64,000 bases of DNA from a virus (IMGVR_UViG_3300042350_001802:32001-96000), one strand, 5' to 3'. Shown: positions 10,101 through 20,392, counted from the stretch's first letter. Made by a program: numbers and translations. Notes: a model not told the origin generated them from the letters alone.

Positions 10101-12044
10101 ATTAATGGTACAAGTTATGATCTTACTACTAACCGTACATGGTCAGTGGGTACTGTTACATCTATCACCTTCTCAGGACCTCTTACAGGAGGAACCATTA
10201 CAGGAAGCGGTACAGTAGGAATATTACAAGCAAGCGGTTCTCAGAATGGTTTCTTGTCTTCTACTGACTGGACTACGTTTAATAACAAACAGAATACTAT
10301 TACGCTTACTACTACTGGTTCTTCTGGTGCTTCTACACTTGTAGGGGCTACTTTAAACATCCCAACTTATACTTTGTCAGGTTTAGGGGGAGTACCAACA
10401 TCAAGGACACTTACAATTAATGGTACTGCTCTTGACTTATCCGTTGATAGATCTTGGAGTGTTGGAACCGTAACTAGTGTAGCAGCTCTTACTTTAGGAA
10501 CATCGGGTACAGATTTAAATAGTTCAGTAGCTACAGGAACAACAACTCCTGTTATAACATTAAATGTACCAACTGCTTCTGCTACGAATCGCGGTGCTTT
10601 ATCATCTACCGATTGGTCAACTTTTAACAATAAGATTGGGGGTAGCGGAACAACTAATTATATATCAAAGTTTACAGCGTCTGGAACTATTGGTAATTCT
10701 CAAATATTTGATAATGGTACTACAGTTGGTATTGGAACCTTAACACCAGTAGGAACCGGATTAGAGATATTTAATGATACTATTAGTGGTAGATTAAGAT
10801 TATCTCGTGATTCAGGTCAGATTAAAGGTATTATTATTTTTGGAAGAAATAATGGAGGTTCATTTCAAGAGACAGCTAGTATAACAGGAAGAGCGGATAG
10901 CGCATCTCAAAATAATGGTACTTTAACTTTTAATACTTCTGATAGTACGGGTGCATCGGTAGTACGATTAACTTTAGAAGCTAATGGTGATGTAAGAATA
11001 GCTACAATTAATAATGCCACTATAGATACGGATAGGTTTTTAGTTAGCGATAACGGGGTTATTAAATATCGAACTGGAACCGAACTTCTTTCCGATATTG
11101 GAGCACAAGCTGCTTTAACAAATCCTGTAACTGGCACTGGAACAGCTAACTATGTAGCTAGATGGACAGGTTCTACTACTCTTAGTACAGGTACATTATA
11201 TGATACTGGATCAGCAGTTGGAATTGGTACAACAACAATGACCTCAGTATTTAACGTAACTGGATCTAATTCAGGTAGTGTTCCTCTTATAAATCTAACA
11301 GTATCAGGAAGTGGTTCATTCCAAAGAGGTGTAAGAATGCTTAATAGTGGAATGAGCACTGGTGATAGTCTTATGTATGCTGTTGGACGTTCTGATGATG
11401 CTAGAAACATGGGTCAGTTTTATTTCTATTATTCATCAGCAGGTTCTGTTTCTAACAGATTATCAATGGGACTTCATTCTGTTGATGATGTATTTAATAT
11501 ACAAGGAACTGGAGATGTTACTATTGGATCAACCACAAATACAGGATTAGCTAAACTACAAGTGACTGGAGCTATACAGCAAACATCTGTTACTTCCTCA
11601 ATGCTTAAAGTAAACTCTAATGGTGTTCTTGTAGCAGCTGTAGCAGGTACAGATTATTTAACCGCTACTAGCTCTGACTTTACATACAATGCAAGCTTGA
11701 CACTTTCTACCAGTTGGCAGAATACAGGTGTTACCTCAGCAAATCTAGGAACCAAGGGTACTTATGTTGTAACATGTTATGCAAATGACTACTCTGTTGG
11801 AGGATCACAATACATGTGCACTTACGTAGGACTTATGTTCTGGTATACAGATGGAACTAATAGTGTTGATACTATATCTGAGATAGCATTACATCATTCT
11901 GGTCATCATGATGGTGGAAGATTTATATATTTGAGAACTTTATCTACTCTTAATGCAGATGGTAAAACTTATCTACAGATTAAAGGTAACGGAACTAACT
12001 CAGGAGCATCCACTTACACATTCACATTTAAACGTCTACTATAA
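7158..12044 (+). CDS. Long repetitive tail fibre protein (1628 aa)
   Basis: Gly/Thr/Ser-rich; five LNIP.Y.L.GLGGVP.-RT modules, GTVTSV repeats and VGIGT motifs. Confidence 0.8.
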   Translation: MKFVTDILAKANLVVDGSVILNTTPNAIVDTDKFLVQDGATIKYRTGAEVLSDIGAQGAITLTVIGNSGPATLIGNGLNIPTYSLSGLGGVPLTRTLTINGTSYDLSFDRTWSVGTVTSVDMSVPTGFTISGNPITTTGTLALAFASGYALPTVASQLNWNSAYNNMITAISYNTSTGDVTLTQQDLGTLSATITLQPFTTTNLAEGTNLYYTDARARLALSAGTGISYNNLTGVITNSDTGSAQNIFKNIAVTGQNTIVADSNNDTLTVVAGTAISITTDDTTDSITITNTLPDQTVVLTGAGTTVVSGTYPNFTITSNDSYGGTVTNVSALTIGTTGTDLSSSVVNSTTTPVITLNVPTASSVNRGALSAADWSMFNAKQDALTLTTVGSSGASTLIGATLNIPAYTLSGLGGVPSTRTINGLALSSDQTFATGTTGTDFNIVSAGTVHTFNIPDASSTARGLINDISQTINGTKTFLNSPVVPSLFLTNMGAGSGAVYYDVPDNRLTLANYNVGGEIKFEVNGGVYTMTLNSDLTIELMGYTTNGFLKTSGSNGLLVVDTTSYTPTTRTLTINGVAHDLSADRSWSVGTVTSVGLSVPTGFSVASSPVTTSGTIALSFASGYSLPTNASQSNWDAAYTGRIDSLTTTGTSGAATFVANVLNIPQYQAQGNYITSLTGEATGSGPGATTVTLTNSAVIGKVLTGLTVTSGAVVATDSILQAFGKVQGQINALAGGLQFQGTWNANTNSPTITSGVGTQGYFYIVNVAGNTTIDGNTGWQVGDWILFDGTVWQKVDNTDAVTSVNGFTGAVVLTTTNISEGTNLYYTDARARQAISLTTTGSSGAATYSNVTGILNIPQYTLTGLGGVPTSRTITINGTAQDLSVDRTWNVGTVTSIATTGPITGGTITGTGTIGITQATTSTNGYLSSTDWNTFNNKQNAITLTTTGSSGSATFVGATLNIPNYTLSGLGGVPDSRTLTINGTSYDLTTNRTWSVGTVTSITFSGPLTGGTITGSGTVGILQASGSQNGFLSSTDWTTFNNKQNTITLTTTGSSGASTLVGATLNIPTYTLSGLGGVPTSRTLTINGTALDLSVDRSWSVGTVTSVAALTLGTSGTDLNSSVATGTTTPVITLNVPTASATNRGALSSTDWSTFNNKIGGSGTTNYISKFTASGTIGNSQIFDNGTTVGIGTLTPVGTGLEIFNDTISGRLRLSRDSGQIKGIIIFGRNNGGSFQETASITGRADSASQNNGTLTFNTSDSTGASVVRLTLEANGDVRIATINNATIDTDRFLVSDNGVIKYRTGTELLSDIGAQAALTNPVTGTGTANYVARWTGSTTLSTGTLYDTGSAVGIGTTTMTSVFNVTGSNSGSVPLINLTVSGSGSFQRGVRMLNSGMSTGDSLMYAVGRSDDARNMGQFYFYYSSAGSVSNRLSMGLHSVDDVFNIQGTGDVTIGSTTNTGLAKLQVTGAIQQTSVTSSMLKVNSNGVLVAAVAGTDYLTATSSDFTYNASLTLSTSWQNTGVTSANLGTKGTYVVTCYANDYSVGGSQYMCTYVGLMFWYTDGTNSVDTISEIALHHSGHHDGGRFIYLRTLSTLNADGKTYLQIKGNGTNSGASTYTFTFKRLL

Positions 12045-12047
12045 CAT

Positions 12048-15000
12048 ATGTCATTTAGAATAGACCAATTAGCAGTACTAAACTTAGCAACGGTAGGTAA
12101 CTCTATCACTGCAGGTTCGTTTGTGAGATCTGGTGGCACATCCTCTCAGTTTTTAAAAGCTGATGGATCTGTAGACTCAAGTGCTTATATCACAGGTATC
12201 ACCTCTGGTATGGTGACCACTGCTTTGGGATATACGCCAGTACCAACTACACGTACATTAACCATTAATGGAGTAGCACAAGATCTTTCTACTGATAGAA
12301 GCTGGACTATTTCTGCAGGTGTATCTTCTGTATCAGGATCTGGTGCTGGAATTTCTGTATCTCCTACAACAGGAGCAGTGGTGGTTAGTAATACGGGAGT
12401 AACATCTAATTTAGCTGGTACGGGCATCTCTGTATCAGGTGCAACGGGTGCTGTTACTATTACAAACACGGGTGTTACATCTATTGTAGCAGGAACAGGA
12501 ATATCAATTTCTGGAGCTACAGGAGCTGTAACAGTAACAAATGCTGGTGTTACATCAGTGAACGGATCTTCAGGTGCTATTACAGGTATTGCTACAACAG
12601 CTCAATTAGCAAGTTATCTTCCTTTAGCAGGTGGTACAATGACTGGAGTAATTACAACTCCAAATGGTACTCATGGTATTATAGTTGGTGATGATTCAAG
12701 ACTTGCAGATAGAAATATTGCTAATACATTATTTGTAGAGGGTGTTCAAAATAATGATAGAGGATATATAAACTTTAGTTCAACAACAGGAAATGCTCTT
12801 GGAGCAATTAATGCAGGTTCATTAACATGGAGGGGGGATGTTGTTTTAACATCTGCAAACTATAATAGTTATGCTCCCACATTAACTGGAACAGGAGCTT
12901 CTGGTAGTTGGGGGATTAGTATTACAGGTAACTCAGCAACCACTTCACAAACTAACTTTACTACCCTCACTTTAAATAGTGCAACAGTTGCAACACAAAC
13001 TTGGGTGACATCTCAGGGGTATATTACAAGTGCGTCTGTTGGAAATGGTACATTAACTCTTGCTGTAGCTGGAACTGGATTAACAGGGTCTGCTTCTTTT
13101 ACAGCAAACCAATCTGGTAATACTACATTCACTGTAACATCTAATGCTACAAGTGCAAATACAGCTTCTACAATAGTAGCTCGTGATGCATCTAGTAACT
13201 TTACTGCTAGTAGAATAACAACAAGTGGTCTTTATGGTCCTAGTACTAGTGGTGGTAATATTCCTATATGGCAGTATGATTCAGCTAATACTGGCTATGG
13301 TATTGTTTATGTAGAAGGAGCAACAGACAGTTTAAGAATTGATGTTAGTGGTCAAGCTTTAACGGGTACCCCTGATTTATTAGTTACTCCAGATACTTTA
13401 CAAATAAATGGTAATACTGTACTTCACGCAGGTAATTTTAATTCTTATGCTCCAACGCTAGCAGGAACAGGAGCTTTTGGAACCTGGTCTATAAATATCA
13501 CAGGAGATGCGGGAAGTGTGGATGGGTATAGTGCTTCTACATCAATATTAGGTACACATATTGTTGTAAGAGATCCTAATGGTTACATATTTGGTAACTA
13601 TATAAATATGACAGATGATGGTAATCCGGGAGGAGGAACAGCTATCACTTCTTTCATCACCAAACAAGGTGACAACTATTATCGTTCTGTATCTCCAACA
13701 AATGCAATGGTTTCTATAAGAAGCGTTGCATCAGGATCATGGGGTATTAATATTACTGGTACAGCTGGATCAGAAACTCTTGGTACAGTAACTGGAAGAG
13801 GAAGCAGTACAGGAACGTTCTCTACGTTTTCTGGAGGATTAAGTGTAAGTTCAAGTACATTATATTTTAGAGGTAGTAACACTGAAAGGATTCAGGGTGA
13901 AGGATGGGCAATGGGTATTTACGGGTATAATAATAACGATGGGTTTTTATTTTACCAAAGAGATACCGCAGATGCTGCTCATCCATGCTTTCATATAGGT
14001 GGCTGGAATAATGCTAGTTATGGAGGGTGGTCTAATGCAGACTCCTTAATCACATTAGTAAGAGGAGATGGTACTAATACAACAGGACCTAGTTATGCTT
14101 ATAGAGGTCTTTCTAACTCTTCTTACTATAGTAATATTGTAAAAACAGTATCTAGTACAATATTTAAAGATTCTCAGGGATTACATGAGTTTGTTGGTTC
14201 GGTTAATATAAATGGATCAGGAGTTCAACCTTTAGTATTAACTACTAACTCTAATGGACCTTGGGCATTAAATCTTTATAGATCTGATTTAGTTAGTAGT
14301 ACACGTGTTTTTAATAATGGTGGATATTGGTATTTTGAACATAGACCAATGTTTAATGGTAACTGGGCATTAGATGCAGGTAACTATAACTCTTACTCTC
14401 CAACTTTGACGGGTGGGGGAGCAAGCGGTACGTGGGGTATTAATATTACAGGTAACGCTGGATATGCATCTTCTGCAGGAAGTGCAGATGTATTAAATAC
14501 TTTCTTTTTAGGTACTGGCTCAATGAATACTAGTGCTGGTAGTTCTCGTATTTTGAGAGTAGATGGTGGTTCTGGGGCTGCTGTACAATATTCACCTTTA
14601 TTTCATGCTGCAGCAAGTGATACTATGTGGCAAATTCAAGGTACATATGGTACTTCGGGTGATGGTATTCTATATTTTAGACAAGGTTATGCGGGTAGTT
14701 GGGGGAATTGGCTTACAATGCTTTCTTCTTCTAACTTTAGTTCCTATGCTGTTCCATTAAGAACTCAGTCTAACTGGAATGATGCAACATCAGTGATAGG
14801 TAATGTAGTTGGACTATTAGCTTGGAAGGAATATCAAAATAATCACGTTATCTTTGATGCTTCTGATGGTACATCTCCAAGTGGCACTAGTATAAATAGT
14901 GTAAATTCTCAAATAGCTTGGTCTAACACATATCCAACTCTCATGGGTTGGAATGGAGCAAACACGTATGGTGTACGTGTAGATAGAGCAAGACTTGCTG

Positions 15001-15572
15001 ACAGTGCAAATTATGCTTTATCTGCAACTCAGGTGGTTAGTATTCAAGATTCTGTTCCTCCTACAGCACTTACTGGTGAATTGTGGTGGGAAAGTGATAC
15101 AGGAAGACTTAAACTTTATAACGGAATAGCAGCTGCATGGGTTGATGCTATGCCAATTCCAGATATGTCGATTTACTACCCTAAAGCGGGTGGTCCTATT
15201 TATGGGGATGTGTCAATTCAACAAACCCTTAATGTAGTAGGAAACGTTCTCATTCAGGGTTTTTTAACTGAAACCTCAGATGCATCTTTAAAGGAAAATG
15301 TAGTTTCTCTTGAAGGTTCATTAGATAAAGTAATGAAACTCAAAGGAGTATCTTTTAATAAAAAAATCACTCCACATATAAAAGAAGTTGGTTTTATTGC
15401 ACAAGAAGTGGAAGCTGTTATTCCTGAACTGGTAACAGAAACTGATCAGGGTATTAAAACAGTATCCTATTCAAGAGTTGCTGCTGTACTTGTTGAAACT
15501 ATTAAAGAACAACAAAGTCAGATTGATGAACTTAAAGACTTATTAAATAAATTAATTCTAGGAAAACTTTAA
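12048..15572 (+). CDS. Tail fibre protein with C-terminal peptidase S74 intramolecular chaperone
   Basis: SDASLKENV..L...LDKVMKLKGVSF...GFIAQEVEAVIPELV...IKEQQ is the S74 signature; G.W.I.ITG repeats in the shaft. Confidence 0.85.
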   Translation: MSFRIDQLAVLNLATVGNSITAGSFVRSGGTSSQFLKADGSVDSSAYITGITSGMVTTALGYTPVPTTRTLTINGVAQDLSTDRSWTISAGVSSVSGSGAGISVSPTTGAVVVSNTGVTSNLAGTGISVSGATGAVTITNTGVTSIVAGTGISISGATGAVTVTNAGVTSVNGSSGAITGIATTAQLASYLPLAGGTMTGVITTPNGTHGIIVGDDSRLADRNIANTLFVEGVQNNDRGYINFSSTTGNALGAINAGSLTWRGDVVLTSANYNSYAPTLTGTGASGSWGISITGNSATTSQTNFTTLTLNSATVATQTWVTSQGYITSASVGNGTLTLAVAGTGLTGSASFTANQSGNTTFTVTSNATSANTASTIVARDASSNFTASRITTSGLYGPSTSGGNIPIWQYDSANTGYGIVYVEGATDSLRIDVSGQALTGTPDLLVTPDTLQINGNTVLHAGNFNSYAPTLAGTGAFGTWSINITGDAGSVDGYSASTSILGTHIVVRDPNGYIFGNYINMTDDGNPGGGTAITSFITKQGDNYYRSVSPTNAMVSIRSVASGSWGINITGTAGSETLGTVTGRGSSTGTFSTFSGGLSVSSSTLYFRGSNTERIQGEGWAMGIYGYNNNDGFLFYQRDTADAAHPCFHIGGWNNASYGGWSNADSLITLVRGDGTNTTGPSYAYRGLSNSSYYSNIVKTVSSTIFKDSQGLHEFVGSVNINGSGVQPLVLTTNSNGPWALNLYRSDLVSSTRVFNNGGYWYFEHRPMFNGNWALDAGNYNSYSPTLTGGGASGTWGINITGNAGYASSAGSADVLNTFFLGTGSMNTSAGSSRILRVDGGSGAAVQYSPLFHAAASDTMWQIQGTYGTSGDGILYFRQGYAGSWGNWLTMLSSSNFSSYAVPLRTQSNWNDATSVIGNVVGLLAWKEYQNNHVIFDASDGTSPSGTSINSVNSQIAWSNTYPTLMGWNGANTYGVRVDRARLADSANYALSATQVVSIQDSVPPTALTGELWWESDTGRLKLYNGIAAAWVDAMPIPDMSIYYPKAGGPIYGDVSIQQTLNVVGNVLIQGFLTETSDASLKENVVSLEGSLDKVMKLKGVSFNKKITPHIKEVGFIAQEVEAVIPELVTETDQGIKTVSYSRVAAVLVETIKEQQSQIDELKDLLNKLILGKL

Positions 15573-15574
15573 CT

Positions 15575-16612
15575 ATGCCCGCTACATTTACATTTCCATC
15601 ATCACCAACTATAGGAACATTGTATGTTTCTCCTGTTGGGGTTATGTATGTTTGGGATGGAACCTGGACAACATCTGGGTCAACTCAGACATCTAATCCA
15701 TTTAATAATAGCTTTTTGTATAGAACAATTTATACAAAGGGGTATATGACCGCAGGATACAAAAATAGTTCTCCATGGAGAAACGTTAATAAAACTATTC
15801 ATGCTATAGATTTAACAACCAACTTAGGAGATAAACTGGTTTATAGTAGTAGTTATATTGGTGGAGGATTTAGTGATTATACTAGTTATAATTATCCAAG
15901 TACTGGAGCTGTTCAAGGAACTGGTACTATAGTGGAAGCTATGAATATGGCTACTGAGTCAATGTTTTCTTTAGATTCAGCTAGATATCTTAAAACATCA
16001 CGTACCGACTGTGAAGCATTAATGACCCCCTCTTTAACTTCTGCATATATTGTTGGAGGTGGATCAGTAACAGTCGATAGACATAACTTTACAACAGATG
16101 TTATGTTTTCTGCTGGAACAGCTCCCAACTCTCCATTAGCTGGTGGAACAGCTGGTGGACTTGGTTCATTTTTTGGACAGTATAAAGGATGGGTATCTCA
16201 AGGAGCTGGTTCTAGTTTTACATTTGCTACAGAAACTTGGGCTACTGGTGGCATGAGTTGGGCTACAGATGGACAACCAAAGGGTTTATCTAGTAAGCAT
16301 GGTTATGGATATGGTGGAACAGGTTCATATCCTGGTTCAGTAAACTTAGGTAAGTATAGTGAAGCCACTGGATCAAATCTTGCAACTATTAGTAGAAATA
16401 AAACAAATGGTGAAGAAAACTGGCAGGTAGGACAGAACTGGGGGTATATGCTTGGTGCTTATGATGGGTCTGCTCAAAATAATGATGCTGGTAGACTTAA
16501 CTATTTAACGGATGTTTATACAGCATTGGGTAGTACCGCTGAACCAAAAGGACATGATGGTGCATCATCGGGTTGTTGTTCTACAGGTTCTGCAATGTTA
16601 GTTGGGTATTAA
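15575..16612 (+). CDS. Gly-rich beta-propeller (Kelch-like) virion-associated protein
   Basis: N-terminal FPSSPT.G...YVWDG.W attachment-like motif; repeated GY..GG blades (GYMTAG, AYIVGGG, GYGGTG, GYMLGAY). Confidence 0.5.
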   Translation: MPATFTFPSSPTIGTLYVSPVGVMYVWDGTWTTSGSTQTSNPFNNSFLYRTIYTKGYMTAGYKNSSPWRNVNKTIHAIDLTTNLGDKLVYSSSYIGGGFSDYTSYNYPSTGAVQGTGTIVEAMNMATESMFSLDSARYLKTSRTDCEALMTPSLTSAYIVGGGSVTVDRHNFTTDVMFSAGTAPNSPLAGGTAGGLGSFFGQYKGWVSQGAGSSFTFATETWATGGMSWATDGQPKGLSSKHGYGYGGTGSYPGSVNLGKYSEATGSNLATISRNKTNGEENWQVGQNWGYMLGAYDGSAQNNDAGRLNYLTDVYTALGSTAEPKGHDGASSGCCSTGSAMLVGY

Positions 16613-16632
16613 TTAAAACTGATATATATTTG
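16602..16632 (+). promoter_or_regulatory. Bacteroidota sigma-A-type promoter
   Basis: TTG (16602-16604), 20-nt spacer, TATATTTG (16625-16632); matches the -33 TTG / -7 TAnnTTTG consensus. Confidence 0.55.
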
Positions 16633-16646
16633 CTAATAAAAGATAT

Positions 16647-17189
16647 ATGAAATACTTTCTTATAAGATTCTATAAAGAGATCCCTACAATCGCGGGTATG
16701 ACCTCATTAAGTAGGTTTGATTCTTATGGTATATATCTACTCACTCCAGAAGCAGAAAATGAAATAACTCAACTTAACTTAAGTATGGAGGAAATTTCAG
16801 AAGATGAAGCTTTAATCGGAGCTAAGTTTTATTCTGTATCTAGAGACTACCGTAAAGCATATTCTGTTGTAGAAGGACTTGAACCAGATGAAGTGGGGGG
16901 ATCTAAAACTAAAGTGTATCATACAGAACATACAAGAGAGGTAACTCTTAGTTTGATGAAGAAGATTACAAAACTTAGAATAATTGATGAGTTTAATAGG
17001 AGAGAAGATCAGACGAATAAAGATACTATTTTAGATTCTGTCGATGCTTGCACTTCTATCTGGGATATTAATATTCTAAGAGAAGATCTTTTAGGAGTAG
17101 AAATGCCTGTTTATCAAGCTACTGAAATGGGTCTTTTTAATGAAAACGGTGTACGTATTGTACCTGTTAACTATAATAAAGGATTTTAA
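16647..17189 (+). CDS. Hypothetical protein
   Basis: 180-aa ORF; no motif recognised. Confidence 0.6.
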   Translation: MKYFLIRFYKEIPTIAGMTSLSRFDSYGIYLLTPEAENEITQLNLSMEEISEDEALIGAKFYSVSRDYRKAYSVVEGLEPDEVGGSKTKVYHTEHTREVTLSLMKKITKLRIIDEFNRREDQTNKDTILDSVDACTSIWDINILREDLLGVEMPVYQATEMGLFNENGVRIVPVNYNKGF

Positions 17190-17202
17190 ATAAAACTAAT
17201 AT

Positions 17203-18072
17203 ATGAGAATAGTATTAGCAGTACTGGTGATTTTATGCTTTAATATTTTTTCATTTGCTCAATATAGTAATAGTGCAATCAAACAGGGATCTGAGCAGAC
17301 TGTAAAGTCTCAGGACACGGTTAAAAATCAGTTACAGGAGATTATTGTAACTGCTAAGAAGGTTCCTTTGATGACTAAAGTTGGTCCTTATGGTCAACCA
17401 CTTTGGACAACTATTAGGATGTTTCCATCTACAAGAGTTTATGTTATGAACCCACCAGGTACAGCAATGTATGAGAAGTGGTTTGATATTAGACAACGTA
17501 GAAATGGAGCAGCTCAGATTAGGATGAGAGATGAGTTTACATTTGGTTTGGGTAAAAGAGTTCAGTTAGATCTTTATTCACATACAGTTTACGACGGTTA
17601 CAATGGTGATAAAACATTTAAGTGGAGAGGGTTTTCTTGGGAGTTTAGATATGCGTTAGCTGACTGGGGTAAAATCTGGGGTAATCCAACACTCTACTAT
17701 GAGATGAAAATGCTAGATGGTAGATGGGGTATTGAACCTAAACTTTTGTTAGGAGATAGAATAGGTAAAAGAGGTGTATGGGGATTTAATGCAATCTATG
17801 AAGCTAACCTTGGTGGAACAAAAGAAGAGCAAGAACGCGAATATGCATATACTGCATCATACGCCAATATCATTAACAGTGATTTATCTCTTGGTGTTTC
17901 ACATATGTTTAGATACAATGATTTTGAAGGAGGATCTAAAGAATGGTATATAGGACCGTTGCTTCAATATCGCTTTAGTAATAAAGGTTATTTAAATATT
18001 GAACATATGCCAGGTCTGAACCAAGACGCAAAACAGTCTAGAACGCTTATTATTTTTGGATGGAGATTCTAA
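17203..18072 (+). CDS. Outer-membrane beta-barrel protein with signal peptide
   Basis: Signal peptide MRIVLAVLVILCFNIFSFA, amphipathic aromatic strands, terminal GWRF (BAM-type signal), LQEIIVTA TonB-box-like segment. Confidence 0.7.
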   Translation: MRIVLAVLVILCFNIFSFAQYSNSAIKQGSEQTVKSQDTVKNQLQEIIVTAKKVPLMTKVGPYGQPLWTTIRMFPSTRVYVMNPPGTAMYEKWFDIRQRRNGAAQIRMRDEFTFGLGKRVQLDLYSHTVYDGYNGDKTFKWRGFSWEFRYALADWGKIWGNPTLYYEMKMLDGRWGIEPKLLLGDRIGKRGVWGFNAIYEANLGGTKEEQEREYAYTASYANIINSDLSLGVSHMFRYNDFEGGSKEWYIGPLLQYRFSNKGYLNIEHMPGLNQDAKQSRTLIIFGWRF

Positions 18073-18082
18073 ATAAAAAACC

Positions 18083-18796
18083 ATGGAAAAAAAAGATGTT
18101 TTAAACTTAGTAGAAAGTTACGGAGGATGGAGCATGAGCGACTTCCAAAGTCGTTATTTTGTAGTAAACTCACAGGTTACTGACTATCGTAGAGTTAGAC
18201 AAGCTTTATTAGAGATTGAAACACGTATTGCTGCTAAAAAGCAAATCATTCGTGAATGTAAAAGATCTGAAGTTAAACTAAAGATTAAGGAAAGGGATAT
18301 TGCAGCTGAGTCTCAAGATCTTGAAAAAGAACTTATTCTTTTAGACATTGATCAGCTTCACTATGATATTTCTGTATATAAGAAAAGACTAAGGGTTGTA
18401 GAAGAAGAGCTTGATGAATTTGCAAAGCTTGTACTTGAGTTAGTACCTTCTTTAGCAGAACTAGAAACCTATAAGGAACATAATGAAGAACTAGAAAGAG
18501 AATACTGGATTTACCGTATGGCAAAGCAAGCTAGTGTAGATTTGGTGACAACTGGAAGAATTGGTGCAGGTAACTTAGATTCGATTGCTATGATGAGACC
18601 TAAAGATCAAGCTCTTACAATTGGTTCTGCTCTACTCAACTCAAAGAATCTCACTGCAGGTATTAATATGATTGAACAAGCTATTAATACCAATAGTGGT
18701 CTTCTTGATAATAACTTTTCAGGACTGTTTGGAGAAAAAGATCTTATTGCGCTAATATCAGATAAAAAGGAAAAAACAGATGGCGAAGATATTTAG
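18083..18796 (+). CDS. Coiled-coil protein
   Basis: MSDFQ.RYFVV.SQ.T.YRRVRQALLE followed by a long heptad region; overlaps the next gene. Confidence 0.6.
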   Translation: MEKKDVLNLVESYGGWSMSDFQSRYFVVNSQVTDYRRVRQALLEIETRIAAKKQIIRECKRSEVKLKIKERDIAAESQDLEKELILLDIDQLHYDISVYKKRLRVVEEELDEFAKLVLELVPSLAELETYKEHNEELEREYWIYRMAKQASVDLVTTGRIGAGNLDSIAMMRPKDQALTIGSALLNSKNLTAGINMIEQAINTNSGLLDNNFSGLFGEKDLIALISDKKEKTDGEDI

Positions 18797-20390
18797 TCTA
18801 CCAATCAATCCTAAATTATCTGTAAAACAGTTTGAAGAGTTTATAAGTTTTTGTGACAAGTATAAAGACTACATTTCAGATATATACTTTACATGCAGAA
18901 TCCCTCCTTTTACACAAGATGCAATGGGAGATCTGTTTGTTTCAGAGGATGATCCTCAATATATGATTGATGTAGCATTGTATATCCAGGAAACAACTGG
19001 TATTACAGCTTCTGCAACGTTTAATAATATATCCGTTAGACCTACGCAGGAGAACTTAGATCTTTGGATAGAATCGTTTAAACCTCTATATGCTAAAGGT
19101 GTTCGGTTATGTACATTACCGTTTAACCATTGGCTTATGACAGGTCAGATTCAAAAGGAGTTTCCGGAGCTGGAAGTTAGAGCTTCTATCTTGATGGATA
19201 CAAAGACACCAACAGATGTCTATAACGTGGTATCAAGTGGTTTCCATTCTGTTTGTATTGATAGAGCTTTGATGCGAGATCATGATACAATAAAGACTAT
19301 AGTTAAGATAAAGCGTAAAAAACCTTTTAAACTTGTCTTATTAGCTAACGAAGGATGCTTGGGTAAGTGTCCAGTGATGTCTGAACACTACCACTATAAT
19401 AATACCAGAACCACTGATAGTCAATACTTTAACAATCCTATTAGTCGAGTGTCATGTCCTAGATGGGATGTTACTAACAAAGCTGTTGTACTAAAGACTG
19501 CAGATATCCCAGCTTGGAAAGAAGACTGGGATGAGTTTCTTGACATGGGAGTAGATATCTTTAAACTGCACGGTAGAGAGAACGTAAACAAGGTTTACGA
19601 AACTATGGAAATAGTAATAAACTATGCAGAAAATAAAAGTATGCTCTATGATATAGATCTTAAGATTAGTGAAAGTAATGCTAATAAGTGGAGAAAGATT
19701 ATTAAGAACTGTAAGTTTGAGTGTTGGAGTTGTAACTTTTGTGATAAAATAGCTGGAGGTACATTGGATGAAAAAGCAGTTAGTGTAGCAGATATTTTAG
19801 TTACAAGTGTCAACTCAGACTTTGAAACAACTTTACCAGGGTTATCTAGTCCTAGAGTTAATAAGTTGCTAAATGAACTTGGTAAAATTTCAACAGCATA
19901 TTTAGAAGTTGGATGTCTTAGTGGTAAAACGTTTTCTAGTGCTATTGCGGGTAATAAGCTTAATGCTTATGCTGTAGATAACTGGAAAGAAGGAATAGGT
20001 GCTGAGAATGGGTCTATCGAGATAACAACTACTAAAGAAGATTTTATTAAAAACATCTTACCCTATAAAGGAGAGAATAAGATTAAGGTTTTTAACTGTG
20101 ACTTTATAGATGTAGATAAGACTAATATTAAGGATATAGATCTGTTTTTTTATGATGGTGATCATTCATATGAAAGCACTAAACTATCTGTAGAATATTT
20201 TGCTGATACGTTTGCTGAGGAATGCGTTCTTGTTTTTGATGATGCTAACTGGAAAGGAGTGGTGGATGGTGCTGTTGCAGGTATTCAGAAAGCTGGTCTA
20301 ACTATTGTATACGAGAAAAAAATGCTAAACGCAATAGAAGACGAAGATATGTGGTGGAATGGATTATATATAGTGGTGGTTAAAAAGTAA
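18780..20390 (+). CDS. Peptidase-U32-family (Fe-S hydroxylase-like) domain fused to a class I SAM methyltransferase
   Basis: LLANEGCLGKCP, SCP and GVDIFKLHGRE are U32-type motifs; a CKFECWSCNFC cluster follows; the C-terminal YLEVGC..G, DLFFYDGDHSYE and VFDD motifs are Methyltransf_24-like. Confidence 0.7.
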   Translation: MAKIFSLPINPKLSVKQFEEFISFCDKYKDYISDIYFTCRIPPFTQDAMGDLFVSEDDPQYMIDVALYIQETTGITASATFNNISVRPTQENLDLWIESFKPLYAKGVRLCTLPFNHWLMTGQIQKEFPELEVRASILMDTKTPTDVYNVVSSGFHSVCIDRALMRDHDTIKTIVKIKRKKPFKLVLLANEGCLGKCPVMSEHYHYNNTRTTDSQYFNNPISRVSCPRWDVTNKAVVLKTADIPAWKEDWDEFLDMGVDIFKLHGRENVNKVYETMEIVINYAENKSMLYDIDLKISESNANKWRKIIKNCKFECWSCNFCDKIAGGTLDEKAVSVADILVTSVNSDFETTLPGLSSPRVNKLLNELGKISTAYLEVGCLSGKTFSSAIAGNKLNAYAVDNWKEGIGAENGSIEITTTKEDFIKNILPYKGENKIKVFNCDFIDVDKTNIKDIDLFFYDGDHSYESTKLSVEYFADTFAEECVLVFDDANWKGVVDGAVAGIQKAGLTIVYEKKMLNAIEDEDMWWNGLYIVVVKK

Positions 20391-20392
20391 TT

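Noticed and set aside
18780-20390. Annotation as a collagenase/protease
   Set aside because: Characterised U32 members are Fe-S hydroxylases; the Cys motifs and MTase fusion fit modification chemistry better.
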